This document shows, piece by piece, positions 18,220-28,487 of a stretch of DNA of 64,000 nucleotides. Position 1 is the first letter of the stretch; the number at the start of each line of letters is the position of its first letter. The stretch is from Desulfurococcaceae archaeon (lineage in GTDB: Archaea > Thermoproteota > Thermoprotei_A > Sulfolobales > Desulfurococcaceae). Made by a program: the position numbers and the translations under genes. The stretch spans positions 96,001 to 160,000 of the forward strand of contig JAWAJB010000002.1 of NCBI GenBank assembly GCA_038888155.1, read 5' to 3'. Below the pieces are notes generated by a model, which was given only the letters and a program-made list of their open reading frames with translations, made no database searches and was not told the DNA's origin.

Positions 18220-19736
18220 AGTTAGTTTTTATAACGGGGCAAGTTGCTGCAGGAATAATTAGGGAAATTGCAGAAAAAGTACGAGCTGATTTTAACATAG
18301 ACGTAGATGTTGTTGTATTGCCAATTCCCGTAGCGGCTATGATGAACCTAGAGTACCTTAAGAAGGAGATCCCCAAGCGCTTAGAGAGCCTGAGAAATGC
18401 TGATTTAATCATAGTTCCTGGATATACAACAGGCGATATGAGAGAATTGTTGGAGATTACTGGACTAAATGTTGTTAAAGGCCCTCGCTATGCTTATGAC
18501 CTCCCATTAATGATTAAAGCCATTCAAGAAGGAGTTAAGTTTTCGACTTCGATTCCGGCAGATGAAGTTATTAAGGACCAAGTAATGGCCATTGAGGCAA
18601 ATACGCTAAAGGAGGCGAGGTTTAGGGCCCTAAAGGGTGCTCTATTTAACATTGGAAACCTTCCAGTCAGCTCGCACTACCCCCTTGTAGTACTTGAGGT
18701 TTACGTAAGCGGGGAAGACGAACTGGAGAAGTATATAGCTGCGGCAAACACTGCCGATCTAATATCAATAGGTATCCCTTACGGATTTGGAGAGAGAAAG
18801 GCTGAAAGTGTTTTAGGAACTCTAAGAGAAAGGCTAAAGGATAAACCAATCGGCATAGATTCAGCAGAAAAGTCATTAATCATAAACACTGCCGATCTCG
18901 TTGATTTCATTAACGGAGTATCCGTTGATAGCTTAGATTGGTTAATTAAAAATTCGGATCAATTAAAGGACAAACCAATCATCCTTGTAAACACACAATG
19001 TTCTTCAACTTGTTGCCTTGAAAAATTATTGAAATGCGCAGAGCTACTTAGAGGGGAGGGATACGAGAAAATAATCCTAGACCCCGTATTACAACCTCCT
19101 CTATTGGGGTTGGTAAAGTCTCTCGAAATATACTTTGAGCTTAAGAGAATTGCCCCACACATTCCTTTAATTATGGGGGTAGGAAATGCGACCGAGCTTG
19201 TAGACGTAGATAGCATTGGCGTCAATGCGCTGTTGGCATTCATTGGAGTTGAGATTGGCGTAGAGATGTTCCTAACCACGGAGAGTAGTATTAAAACTCG
19301 CGGCTCTACTAAAGAGCTTCGAAAAGCGCTCGATATGGCAATCTTGGCAAGGGACCTAAAGAGAGTTCCAAAGGATCTATCTATAAGCCTGCTCTTGGCT
19401 AAGAGCAAGAAAAAAGTAGATTTTCAACTGCCAAAGACAGAAAACACTATTAGAGCTAGCAAGAAGTCATTAATAAGATCTGATCCAAAGGGATACTTCA
19501 AGATAAAGGTTGATCATGAGAAAGGAGAGATAATAGTACAGCACTACCAATATAGTTCAAGTCAACCCACTATAGAAATAAGAGGCGCAGATCCTTATGA
19601 AATTTTAGCAGAACTAGTAAATAGAGACCTATTATCCCTAGTAGAACACTACTTCTATATGGGGGTAGAGCTATCAAAAGCACGGATGGCTTTGACGATT
19701 GGAAAAGAGTATGAACAAGATAAAGACTTATTTTGA
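18216..19736 (+). CDS. Dihydropteroate synthase-like protein with C-terminal DUF4346-type domain
   Basis: IILDP, GVGNATELVDVDSIGVN, DPKGYF, HYFYMGVELSKA, YEQD motifs; operon context. Confidence 0.85.
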   Translation: MKLVFITGQVAAGIIREIAEKVRADFNIDVDVVVLPIPVAAMMNLEYLKKEIPKRLESLRNADLIIVPGYTTGDMRELLEITGLNVVKGPRYAYDLPLMIKAIQEGVKFSTSIPADEVIKDQVMAIEANTLKEARFRALKGALFNIGNLPVSSHYPLVVLEVYVSGEDELEKYIAAANTADLISIGIPYGFGERKAESVLGTLRERLKDKPIGIDSAEKSLIINTADLVDFINGVSVDSLDWLIKNSDQLKDKPIILVNTQCSSTCCLEKLLKCAELLRGEGYEKIILDPVLQPPLLGLVKSLEIYFELKRIAPHIPLIMGVGNATELVDVDSIGVNALLAFIGVEIGVEMFLTTESSIKTRGSTKELRKALDMAILARDLKRVPKDLSISLLLAKSKKKVDFQLPKTENTIRASKKSLIRSDPKGYFKIKVDHEKGEIIVQHYQYSSSQPTIEIRGADPYEILAELVNRDLLSLVEHYFYMGVELSKARMALTIGKEYEQDKDLF

Positions 19737-19875
19737 AGGCCAATTTATGTATAGCCTCAGCTTGTACACAAAGTACGCGGATCAATAAAAATTATACTTA
19801 ATGCTTTTTAAAAAATAAATAGCGCGAGGTAGTGTATCGGGTTTTTATAATGATTGGACTAGTAAAAATATCTCT

Positions 19876-20601
19876 CTATTTGTTGCACGAAATCTTTGCA
19901 GCTCTCTCTAGCCACTTTCTAACCTCAGCTACATCTTCGGATGGCAGTCGACTCTCTTCATAGCAGAACCACCAGTCAAAGCACTTAAACTGTTTAAATC
20001 TCTCCTTTGCATCCTTTACTGTTCTTGCTGGAGGAACTATAAGGGAATCGTTGATTAGCTCATTATTAGGCCAGTTAGCAGGCAGTGCCCTTTTAAGTTC
20101 CGTGTTAACTTGAAGAGCTTTGACAAGCCTTAATATTTCGTCCATATTTCTCCCTGCTTCCTGAGGGTAGTATAATATTGCCCTCACTGTTCCTTCAGGG
20201 TCTATTATTATCACAGACCTAACAGTGTGGGTTGCGCTTTGTGCATGTAAGAAACCCAATCGCTTTGACACTTCTCCATTGGAGTCAGCTATAACTGGGA
20301 ACGGAATTTCCACATTGAATTTATCCTCGATCCACTCAATCCACTTAATGTGCGAGTAGACGCTGTCAATGCTCAGACCTATCAGCTCTGTATTTAATCT
20401 CTTGAAATCGTTGTATCTTTTAGCGAACGCTATGAACTCAGTTGTGCAGACAGGTGTAAAGTCAGCAGGATGGCTAAAGAGCACTAACCATTTTCCTGCG
20501 TAGTCGCTCGGCAACTTTTTAAGTCCATGGGTAGTTTCGACTTCCATCTGGGGCAGTTTTTCGCCAATAAGGTAAATGCTTCCCGGCAAATCTAACACCA
20601 T
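19876..20601 (-). CDS. Peroxiredoxin (archaeal Prx6-type)
   Basis: [34 protein letters not shown]. Confidence 0.95.
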   Translation of the reverse strand: MVLDLPGSIYLIGEKLPQMEVETTHGLKKLPSDYAGKWLVLFSHPADFTPVCTTEFIAFAKRYNDFKRLNTELIGLSIDSVYSHIKWIEWIEDKFNVEIPFPVIADSNGEVSKRLGFLHAQSATHTVRSVIIIDPEGTVRAILYYPQEAGRNMDEILRLVKALQVNTELKRALPANWPNNELINDSLIVPPARTVKDAKERFKQFKCFDWWFCYEESRLPSEDVAEVRKWLERAAKISCNK

Positions 20602-21019
20602 TTATATAATATTAATTTTAGGGTTTTTAAAATTTTCTTATTTTTAGAGTTTTTGTTAAAATTAGTTGAAAAATTTATACAAATAAATCATGAATTGATA
20701 TATCTATTAGAGAAGGTTAAAGGGGATGATAGTAATTTTCAATGAGGAAGTTGTGAGATCGTAGAATGAGAGATTCATTGGAAATAGCCAATTAACACAT
20801 TAACAATTAATTTCAGTGCCCTTACACGGATTGCTCTGGGTTAATCTTAATTTGTTTATTACTAAGGCGCTTAATATGAAGGAAGCGGGGTTAGCAACAA
20901 TTTTACTCATCGCTTGATAGCAAGCAAAGCATATATTAATGCGCTTTTATAAAGCCTCAACACAATTTTTTAAACGATCTTAGAAGGGCTAGTAATTCTC
21001 GTTAATTTTAGGTGTCTAG

Positions 21020-22630
21020 ATGACTTGGTTTAATTCGGAGGAGATTAGTTCCGCGTCCATTATTTCCTTTAGCGGACAAGTTAGGGATCCAATATATGGT
21101 TATATAGACTACTTAAAGGGTCTGGAAGATCTAGTAATGGACTCGTGGCCTCTTCAAAGGCTGAGATATATTTACCAATTGCAGGCAGGACATTTTGTAT
21201 ATCCGGGTGCTACACACACTCGTTTTTCGCATTCTTTGGGCGTTATGTATTCATCGTACAAGTACATTTCATTCCTCCTCAGATCGCTACAGGCATCTAA
21301 TTTGCCGGAAGAAGTAATCGGCCAAGCACGTAGAAATTATAGAGAAATTACGCTAGCAACGAGATTACTTGGACTACTACACGATATAGGTCATGGTCCG
21401 CTTAGCCACGCATTTGATAAGCACGTATATAGAACTAGGTGGTTCCTAGGGTACAGAATTGGCAACCACGAAGTAATGGGTTATTTGATATATAGAGATT
21501 ATATAAGGAACTTGATTAGGGGGATAACTACAGCCAATAAAAAATATCTCAACATAGATGTAGATTGCTTGCTAGAACTGCTCGATGCCGGAATGAAACC
21601 ACCTCTAGGCATGAAGGGATACAGCGATCTAACCGAAAGAGGTGTAATCAAAGAGGGCGAATTCTACTGGTCCGGCGGATCAGGGTTAGAGCACATTATA
21701 AGAATGGTAGTAAGAGACTACATCTATACCAGCGATATAATGGACTACTTGAAGAGGGACAGCTACTTTACAGGCGTGCCTATAGGGCAAATAAACGATG
21801 ACTGGATCATTAGGAATTCTTTTATTTTCGAAAAGGACGGAAGGCTAACCATAGCGGTTGCATCTAAAGCGCTTGACGAAGTTTCTAGACTATTTGACGC
21901 TAGAAGATTAATGTATAAGTTCATTTACCTTCATCCAGTTAATGTTGCGTTCATAGAGACATTGGGGTATCTTCTACGATGTATAAAGAGCTATGTGGTC
22001 AACGCACTAGATGGAGTGTTCGGACAGGCAGGGGATTACGAGAAGTATATAAATCTCACAGATTATTCCTTTTACACTAAACTCCAAGAGCTACTCTTTG
22101 CAAGCGCTCAAAGCTATGAATGCGAAGATTATTTATTTGCAAATACAGCGCTAAAGAGCATATTTTATCGTAGAAAACCCGTGTGGAAGCTCCTAAAGAG
22201 ATTTACTTATGATCTAGATGATGTAAAAGTTCTATTCGGCGAGATAGGAGAACATGTTCAGGAATTAATTAAGAGGCGCGTAAAGAGCGAAGTCTCAGCC
22301 ATTTTCTCAAATAAGGGAATTTCCGACGTCGATATAAACGTAACAATTGATAGAGTAGAGGCGTATCCCACAGCAGGGGCTGAAATAGTTAATAAAATCG
22401 AAATTGTTGACATCAAAGAAGGACGTGTTGTATATGAAAACACAATGACGTTCGAAGAGTTCGCAAAAGAACACGGAATACTCTCTGAGGCTCTTATAAC
22501 TGTTTACCTAAACAGAGAGAAGTACAAGTCCCTCAACAACAAAGACATTGAAGACATTATTGGAATAGTCAAAGAGATAGCAGACAGCTCCATCAAGGGG
22601 CGCCGAAGAGATGCCCCAGAGACTAGCTGA
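21020..22630 (+). CDS. HD-domain phosphohydrolase (dNTP triphosphohydrolase-like)
   Basis: QRLRYIYQL, HTRFSHSLG, LLHDIGHGPLSH, DIMDYLKRD. Confidence 0.9.
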   Translation: MTWFNSEEISSASIISFSGQVRDPIYGYIDYLKGLEDLVMDSWPLQRLRYIYQLQAGHFVYPGATHTRFSHSLGVMYSSYKYISFLLRSLQASNLPEEVIGQARRNYREITLATRLLGLLHDIGHGPLSHAFDKHVYRTRWFLGYRIGNHEVMGYLIYRDYIRNLIRGITTANKKYLNIDVDCLLELLDAGMKPPLGMKGYSDLTERGVIKEGEFYWSGGSGLEHIIRMVVRDYIYTSDIMDYLKRDSYFTGVPIGQINDDWIIRNSFIFEKDGRLTIAVASKALDEVSRLFDARRLMYKFIYLHPVNVAFIETLGYLLRCIKSYVVNALDGVFGQAGDYEKYINLTDYSFYTKLQELLFASAQSYECEDYLFANTALKSIFYRRKPVWKLLKRFTYDLDDVKVLFGEIGEHVQELIKRRVKSEVSAIFSNKGISDVDINVTIDRVEAYPTAGAEIVNKIEIVDIKEGRVVYENTMTFEEFAKEHGILSEALITVYLNREKYKSLNNKDIEDIIGIVKEIADSSIKGRRRDAPETS

Positions 22631-22755
22631 TATCCTAAAGCTGGATGTTGTATAAAGCGTAAAATTGAAGTAAACTAATGAATTGCTGTTTAATACTGTG
22701 TAGTCATAAGTATATTTTCAACAAGAGAGTAAATCTCTCTCTGTGGTGCTTATTA

Positions 22756-23250
22756 ATGGAACTGTGGCAATATGCTTTAGCCATCTTAATGTCAATAATG
22801 CCGATAAGCGAAGTGAGAGGGGCCATACCATATGTAGTGCTGGTAGCCAAGGACACAAGCTCTGTCGTAGTTGGGTGTATTATTTCCACAATATCCAATA
22901 TGGTTGTTCCAGTAATTGTTTTTAATGCATTAGATCTTCTTAATAAGTTCGCTAAATCTTCAGACAGGCTTAGTTTCTTCAAGAAGACCTATTCATGGAT
23001 AGTTGAACACGGTAAAAAGAAGGCACATAAGGTTGAAGCTGGGGGGTATGTAGCATTGTCGGTTTTCGTTGCTCTACCATTTCCTGCAACTGGCGCTTGG
23101 ACAGGCAGCCTTATAGCTTACCTGCTAGGTTTAGATAGATGCAAATCTATCCTCTTCATAAATTTAGGCGTTTTGATTGCATCAATTATAGTCTTTTCCG
23201 CAGTATACTTGAGCGTAGAATTTTTAAAGAAAATTTTCTTTATATTCTAA
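22756..23250 (+). CDS. Small multidrug export family (COG2426) membrane protein
   Basis: PISEVRGAIP, FVALPFPATGAWTG; start adjusted to ATG 22756. Confidence 0.85.
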   Translation: MELWQYALAILMSIMPISEVRGAIPYVVLVAKDTSSVVVGCIISTISNMVVPVIVFNALDLLNKFAKSSDRLSFFKKTYSWIVEHGKKKAHKVEAGGYVALSVFVALPFPATGAWTGSLIAYLLGLDRCKSILFINLGVLIASIIVFSAVYLSVEFLKKIFFIF

Positions 23251-23262
23251 GACTTATTTGTT

Positions 23263-24711
23263 ATGGACAGCTTAGCAAGCTTTGCAAAACTGAGAATTGC
23301 GGTGACATCAGTGGAGGTTATCGGAAAATACAGGGATATGGTTATTAACGAACCCGTAGGCAAAACCCTTTTACGCCTAGGTCTGCCGTTGATGGTCTTT
23401 CAACTAGTAAACATATCATATAATTTAGTTGATACATATTGGCTCAGTCAATACAGCGATATTGCTTATGCTGCTCCGCGCCAGGTTTGGCCGTTCTTCA
23501 TGTTCATTAACTCAATTGCGCAGGGTCTTGCTGCTGCGAACACTGCTCTAATAAGTCAGGCAGTTGGAGCCCAGGACTATAGCTATACAAAGCGCGTGGT
23601 GTCTCAATTCGTATCTGCAACTTTAATTTTCAATGGATTAATAACATTTATTTTCCTGCTTTCAGGCCCATTTATCTATAAATACTTAGTTGCAACACCT
23701 ATGGAGATTTATGACTCGGTAGTAACCTACTCGACAATTATATCTATCGACCTTTTGCTCTCAGGCCTCACCATAGGCTACGGGACCATATTTCAAGCAT
23801 TAGGTGACACCAAGACGCCCTCCAGGTTTGGAATCATATCTTCAATTTTAAATGTACTGCTAGATCCCATCATGATTTTCGGCGTAAAAATCGGAAACAC
23901 AGTCATATTTCCTGATCTAGGCATTGCAGGCGCTGCTTGGGCAACAGTTTTATCTAGGTTCATTGGGCTGGTACTCGTATTCAAAGTGTTATCCCAAAAG
24001 TATATGTTTTTGAGAACAAAACTCACGTTACAAATCGACATAGAATGGCTAATGAAGAGCCTTAAAATAGGCCTGCCGGTAACTTTAATGCACATGAGCA
24101 ACAGCCTAGCCTTTATGCTACAGAATAGACTGATAAACTTATTTGGAGTGTATGTGGTTGCGGCAGCCGTTATTGGCTTTATACTGATGGACTTGGCTGA
24201 CGCGGCCCTGTGGGGCTTCACGTTCTCAGTTTCAACAATGATTGGACAAGCTATTGGTGCTAATCTCGAGAAAAGGGCCAGAGAAGTTGCAATTAAATCA
24301 ATGGTATATATAGGAATAATGACTTCTCTCGGCTCCCTATTCGTCTTAATATTTAGGCAGACCTTCATTAACGTGTTTACAAGTATACCAACAATAGTCA
24401 ATGAAGCCGACTTGTTCGTTAAGTTATTTTCACCAACTCTTTCATTCTTCGCCATTTTCTTCATTGGAATGTCGATCGGAAGAGGGTCTGGACACACGCT
24501 TTATCCCACGGTCGTTGGAATTATAAGGCTATGGATCTTTAGGCTTGGATTCGGTTACTTGTTATCGGTACTTCTCGGTACAGGAACAATAGGACTTTGG
24601 ATTTCTATGAGTTTAAGCAACTTGTTCTCAGGACTAGCAGTGATTCCTTGGGCTCTATGGGGAAAATGGACTATTCCAGTGATAAATAAAAGCGAAGATA
24701 GGCAAGGATAA
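23263..24711 (+). CDS. MATE family efflux transporter
   Basis: YNLVDT, GDTKTP, NVLLDP, LGIAGAAWAT; about 12 TM helices. Confidence 0.93.
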   Translation: MDSLASFAKLRIAVTSVEVIGKYRDMVINEPVGKTLLRLGLPLMVFQLVNISYNLVDTYWLSQYSDIAYAAPRQVWPFFMFINSIAQGLAAANTALISQAVGAQDYSYTKRVVSQFVSATLIFNGLITFIFLLSGPFIYKYLVATPMEIYDSVVTYSTIISIDLLLSGLTIGYGTIFQALGDTKTPSRFGIISSILNVLLDPIMIFGVKIGNTVIFPDLGIAGAAWATVLSRFIGLVLVFKVLSQKYMFLRTKLTLQIDIEWLMKSLKIGLPVTLMHMSNSLAFMLQNRLINLFGVYVVAAAVIGFILMDLADAALWGFTFSVSTMIGQAIGANLEKRAREVAIKSMVYIGIMTSLGSLFVLIFRQTFINVFTSIPTIVNEADLFVKLFSPTLSFFAIFFIGMSIGRGSGHTLYPTVVGIIRLWIFRLGFGYLLSVLLGTGTIGLWISMSLSNLFSGLAVIPWALWGKWTIPVINKSEDRQG

Positions 24712-24972
24712 ATAACCATAGTGCATTTGTACACTCCGCCGATCTTCGATACGTGGGCAAGAGCAAAGTAATAGTGAATTACATAACGTCGGTAACTGTC
24801 ATCAGCGATAGCATTTCTTCTACAATGAAAACATTTGAATCCTGTACATTTTTAATAAAAATGTTACAGTGAACTGTCATTGGGCTTTTACTACCATTGG
24901 CACAATATTTAATCAAGTTTGGGCAATAATTTATGTATTGTTAACGCGACTTCACTTGGCGAGGGGGTAATT

Positions 24973-25896
24973 ATGTATAAACACATGGATGTAATATCCG
25001 CACTTCAGTTCGGCAGAAGTGATATCGAGGGATTAATACGTTTGGCAGAGGAGTTAAGATACTCCGTCGAAAGGGGGGAAAAGCTACACATAGCCGAAAA
25101 GAGCGTAATGTTTACGGCCTTCTTTGAACCTAGCACAAGGACAAGGCTGAGCTTTCATTTTGCAATGACCAAGCTAGGAGGCAAGGTTGTTGATCTAGGG
25201 CCCGAAGAAGTGACAAGCATGGCCAAAGGTGAAAGCCCAGAGGATACATTACGTACTGTAGATAGCTATGGACCTGATTTAATAGTACTTAGACACCCTA
25301 AACCGGGCTTTGCTAGTCGGGCAGCAGAGATTTGCAGAGCACCAGTGATCAATGCCGGCGACGGTCACAACGAGCATCCTACACAGGCACTTCTAGACGT
25401 ATACACTATATGGAGGGTAATGGGACGAATCGATGGAGTCAAAGTCGGGATGATGGGCGACTTGAGGTACAGCAGAACGATTTCTAGCCTCTCATTTGCC
25501 TTGTCCAACTTTCGCTCGGTGGAATTATACTTCATATCCCCGGGAGATCTACGACCACGCGAGGATATACTAAAAGTGTTAGATCAACGGAGGACTCGTT
25601 ACAATTTAGTGGAAAGACCAGAGAACATAATAGAAAATTTGGATGTTTTATATATAACTAGGTTGCAAAAAGAGCGAATGAAGCCCGAAGAATACGAGAG
25701 ACTTAAAAATAGCTATACAATAACATATGACTATTTGAGACAATTCAGCAAGATCCCCGTTATTTTGCACCCGTTACCCAGGGTTTGGGAGCTTAAAGAG
25801 GACGTAGATATATTGCCGCACGCGATGTACTTTGAACAGGCCAAAAATGGTCTCTATATAAGGATGGCCTTAATCAAGGCCATTCTGGGATTGTAA
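24973..25896 (+). CDS. pyrB: Aspartate carbamoyltransferase catalytic subunit
   Basis: FFEPSTRT, KGES, INAGDG, HPTQ, RLQKER, HPLPR; ATG 24973 follows a GAGGGGGT RBS. Confidence 0.92.
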   Translation: MYKHMDVISALQFGRSDIEGLIRLAEELRYSVERGEKLHIAEKSVMFTAFFEPSTRTRLSFHFAMTKLGGKVVDLGPEEVTSMAKGESPEDTLRTVDSYGPDLIVLRHPKPGFASRAAEICRAPVINAGDGHNEHPTQALLDVYTIWRVMGRIDGVKVGMMGDLRYSRTISSLSFALSNFRSVELYFISPGDLRPREDILKVLDQRRTRYNLVERPENIIENLDVLYITRLQKERMKPEEYERLKNSYTITYDYLRQFSKIPVILHPLPRVWELKEDVDILPHAMYFEQAKNGLYIRMALIKAILGL

Positions 25897-26235
25897 GTAT
25901 ACACAATTTTTGTCGAAATTTTCGCTTTACCATTAAGCTAAAATATTTTACAGTTCAACTAATAATTTTAAAACTTTCCTACAATAAAAACTAATCAACC
26001 TTCCGTCCTGTGCGTATTTACCTTGTAGTTCATGTTCAACTTGAGCGTTGATAGTTTTACCTCGGTCAGTTGGTTGCTGCAACTATGTTGACCGCGACTT
26101 TAATCCGCCATCTTGCATTTAACGCTTTGTCTAATTGAAGAACAGTCAAGGCAGGATTGTAGTAATCATAATTAATTCGCTGTTAGCTACCCTATTTCAC
26201 TATCCCGAACTCAATTCGACGAACTTGGGGCTCTG

Positions 26236-26263
26236 TTATGTAGCGTTTTAAAACGATACATAA
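26236..26263. repeat. 28-bp near-perfect palindrome in a long intergenic region
   Basis: ttatgtagcgttttaaaacgatacataa; one mismatched pair. Confidence 0.7.
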
Positions 26264-26472
26264 TATTCTTCAAGAACCACAAAAAATTAAAGTTAATGGA
26301 GTAAGATCAAGCGATCGCGGAGCGACGATTACATCTTTTGAAGAACTTTAATAAATCTGATCCCCCAATTTAAAATATTATCCCTCGCTTCGATTTAACG
26401 TTTTGTGAGAATTTTTTAGTTCATTTCGAGATTTTGGAAAAACCGACTTCCACATTTAGACATTCCGGCAAT

Positions 26473-26900
26473 TTAAAGAAAGATGATCGCAGAATTAATA
26501 GCGCCTACAACCAATAACAGTAAGACAGCATTTAAGGATCATCCCTTAAGTGTCAAACAAATCGGGAACAGCATTGCTATAATCGCAATGACACATTTAT
26601 TCTCATTGCACAGGACCCATGATCTTTTAGATAATTACTTAGACTTATCAGAGCAGTCCATAGCTCGATTCGAGGTTACATTAATTGCACTTTGTCAGAT
26701 ATAGGGATAGCCCTTTAAAAGAAAAAGTCCCACATAAACATCGTGTAGTTGTTAAACCAATCTTTATAAACTACAGAAAGTCAATTCATTAAGGCCATTT
26801 AATAATCTTGTCTGGCCCATATAGTGGCGAAGGATCGTCGAAAATATTGTTACCCAGAACAATAGCGCAACTCTGTTAGTTTGAGGTAGCTGTGAAGGTC
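26473..26900 (-). pseudogene. Possible decayed membrane-protein (transporter) gene
   Basis: Minus-strand hydrophobic fragments VALLFWVTIFSTIL and VIAIIAMLFPICLTLKG*SLNAVLLLLVVGAINSAIIFL*, broken by stops; boundaries approximate. Confidence 0.3.
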
Positions 26901-27226
26901 AACAGTATTATTGTACACAATTTGCCCTTTTCCTACTTAATTACATTTATAGTCGATAGTTCCATAATTGTAGAGTTTTTCGCCTATGCTTGAAAATCTA
27001 CTACTTGTTCACCGGTCTCAGTAAAATATGGAGGCTAGCATAAACTATTTGAGCAACCTATAAAGTCAAGGTTAGAGATGCCTTTAAGATGCTCATACAA
27101 TACGCGGGGATGCAATGGACTAATATAAGAATACTCATCAGACATTTTAATGCCGGGCAAACATACTGCTTTGTATATAAACGTTTCGAAAGGTAAAAAC
27201 CCCTTAGGAGTCAAGAGGTCTATGGC

Positions 27227-28408
27227 ATGATTAGCTTGACGCTATTGTTCACGATTTCGGTATGTATAGCCATTACTCTTATATTCTTAGGAGTGAATAT
27301 ACCAATAGCTTTGCTTTTAGCTATGCTTCTCTACTCTGTCCCAACTCTCGGAAAAGACCTTATACCTACAGTTTTTAGCTCCTTTAACATGAACATGCTA
27401 AACACCGTCCTTTCATTGATGTTTGCCCTTCTATTAGCCAACTTGTTTAAGTCTAAAGCTATCTCAGATCAACTTGTCAGCTCGTTTCAATCTATAGGAA
27501 TTCGCATAGCCACTGTAGCAATTCCTGCCATTATTGGATTGTTACCTATGCCAGCAGGGGCCTATATTTCAGCAACAATGGTAGAACCTATTTACAGAAA
27601 ACTTGGGTTAGATAGGGAAAAAAGTACTTACATCAACTTCTGGCTTAGACATATATGGCTAGCAGTTTGGCCCCTGTACCAGGGGATCATTCTCGCATCT
27701 GGTATTCTAAAGAAGACATCAATAGAGATCATTTCGTGGACTTGGCCGATAGCTTTAGCCTCGCTGATTGCCGGAATCATTGTTGTCAGCCTCATTGTTC
27801 CTAAGGAAACGGGTGAAGAAGGCTGCAGGAAAAATTTCAGGGGCCTTATCCACATATGGCCCTTCTTGCTTGTGGCTTTGCTGACATTTTCAGGGTTGCA
27901 GTTAGTTTTTCTCTCCGTATTGATCACAATAGTTATTTTTGTAATAATCTATAGGGTATCATTTCGCGAACTGATGACAAGTCTTAGAAAGTCAATTGAC
28001 TACAGCTTGATTGGGCTGGTGGTTGTATCGTTGGTTTTCGGCGATGTTTTAGCTATAACGGGGCTATCCAATCAGCTCGTCGGCTACCTGATGGGAGATT
28101 ACAAGTATGTCTTAATGCCCCTTGTTCCACTCTTCATTGTATTGGCTACGGGGTTTGAGTTCACATTCGTGGTTTTAACCTTTCCGGCCCTGCAACCGCT
28201 CCTTTCAGGGCCCGGATTAACGCTAGCTTATTTAGGAGGTTACTTAGGGGCAATGCTGTCTCCTTCACATGCTTGTCTAGTTATGTCTGCTAAATATTTC
28301 AATGCAAGTCTCCCAAGAGTTTATAAGTACTTAATTCCATCCGCAGCTCTAACAGCTATTATAACTGTGTTATTTATATTTGCAGCTAATCATGTATTTA
28401 TGGTCTGA
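27227..28408 (+). CDS. DUF401 family membrane protein (putative transporter)
   Basis: GLLPMPAGA, INFWLRH, WPLY, LSPSHACL motifs; about 11 TM helices. Confidence 0.85.
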   Translation: MISLTLLFTISVCIAITLIFLGVNIPIALLLAMLLYSVPTLGKDLIPTVFSSFNMNMLNTVLSLMFALLLANLFKSKAISDQLVSSFQSIGIRIATVAIPAIIGLLPMPAGAYISATMVEPIYRKLGLDREKSTYINFWLRHIWLAVWPLYQGIILASGILKKTSIEIISWTWPIALASLIAGIIVVSLIVPKETGEEGCRKNFRGLIHIWPFLLVALLTFSGLQLVFLSVLITIVIFVIIYRVSFRELMTSLRKSIDYSLIGLVVVSLVFGDVLAITGLSNQLVGYLMGDYKYVLMPLVPLFIVLATGFEFTFVVLTFPALQPLLSGPGLTLAYLGGYLGAMLSPSHACLVMSAKYFNASLPRVYKYLIPSAALTAIITVLFIFAANHVFMV

Positions 28409-28487
28409 TTAACCACAGTAGATTTTATCAAAAATAAATAGTGATCAAAAGAAAGCGAGCTCATGCCGTTTATTTTGTTAAATATCC

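Noticed and set aside
23793-24497. Long antisense ORF (234 aa) and the many other shadow ORFs opposite real genes
   Set aside because: Fully overlap well-supported genes on the other strand or frame and have no recognisable motifs
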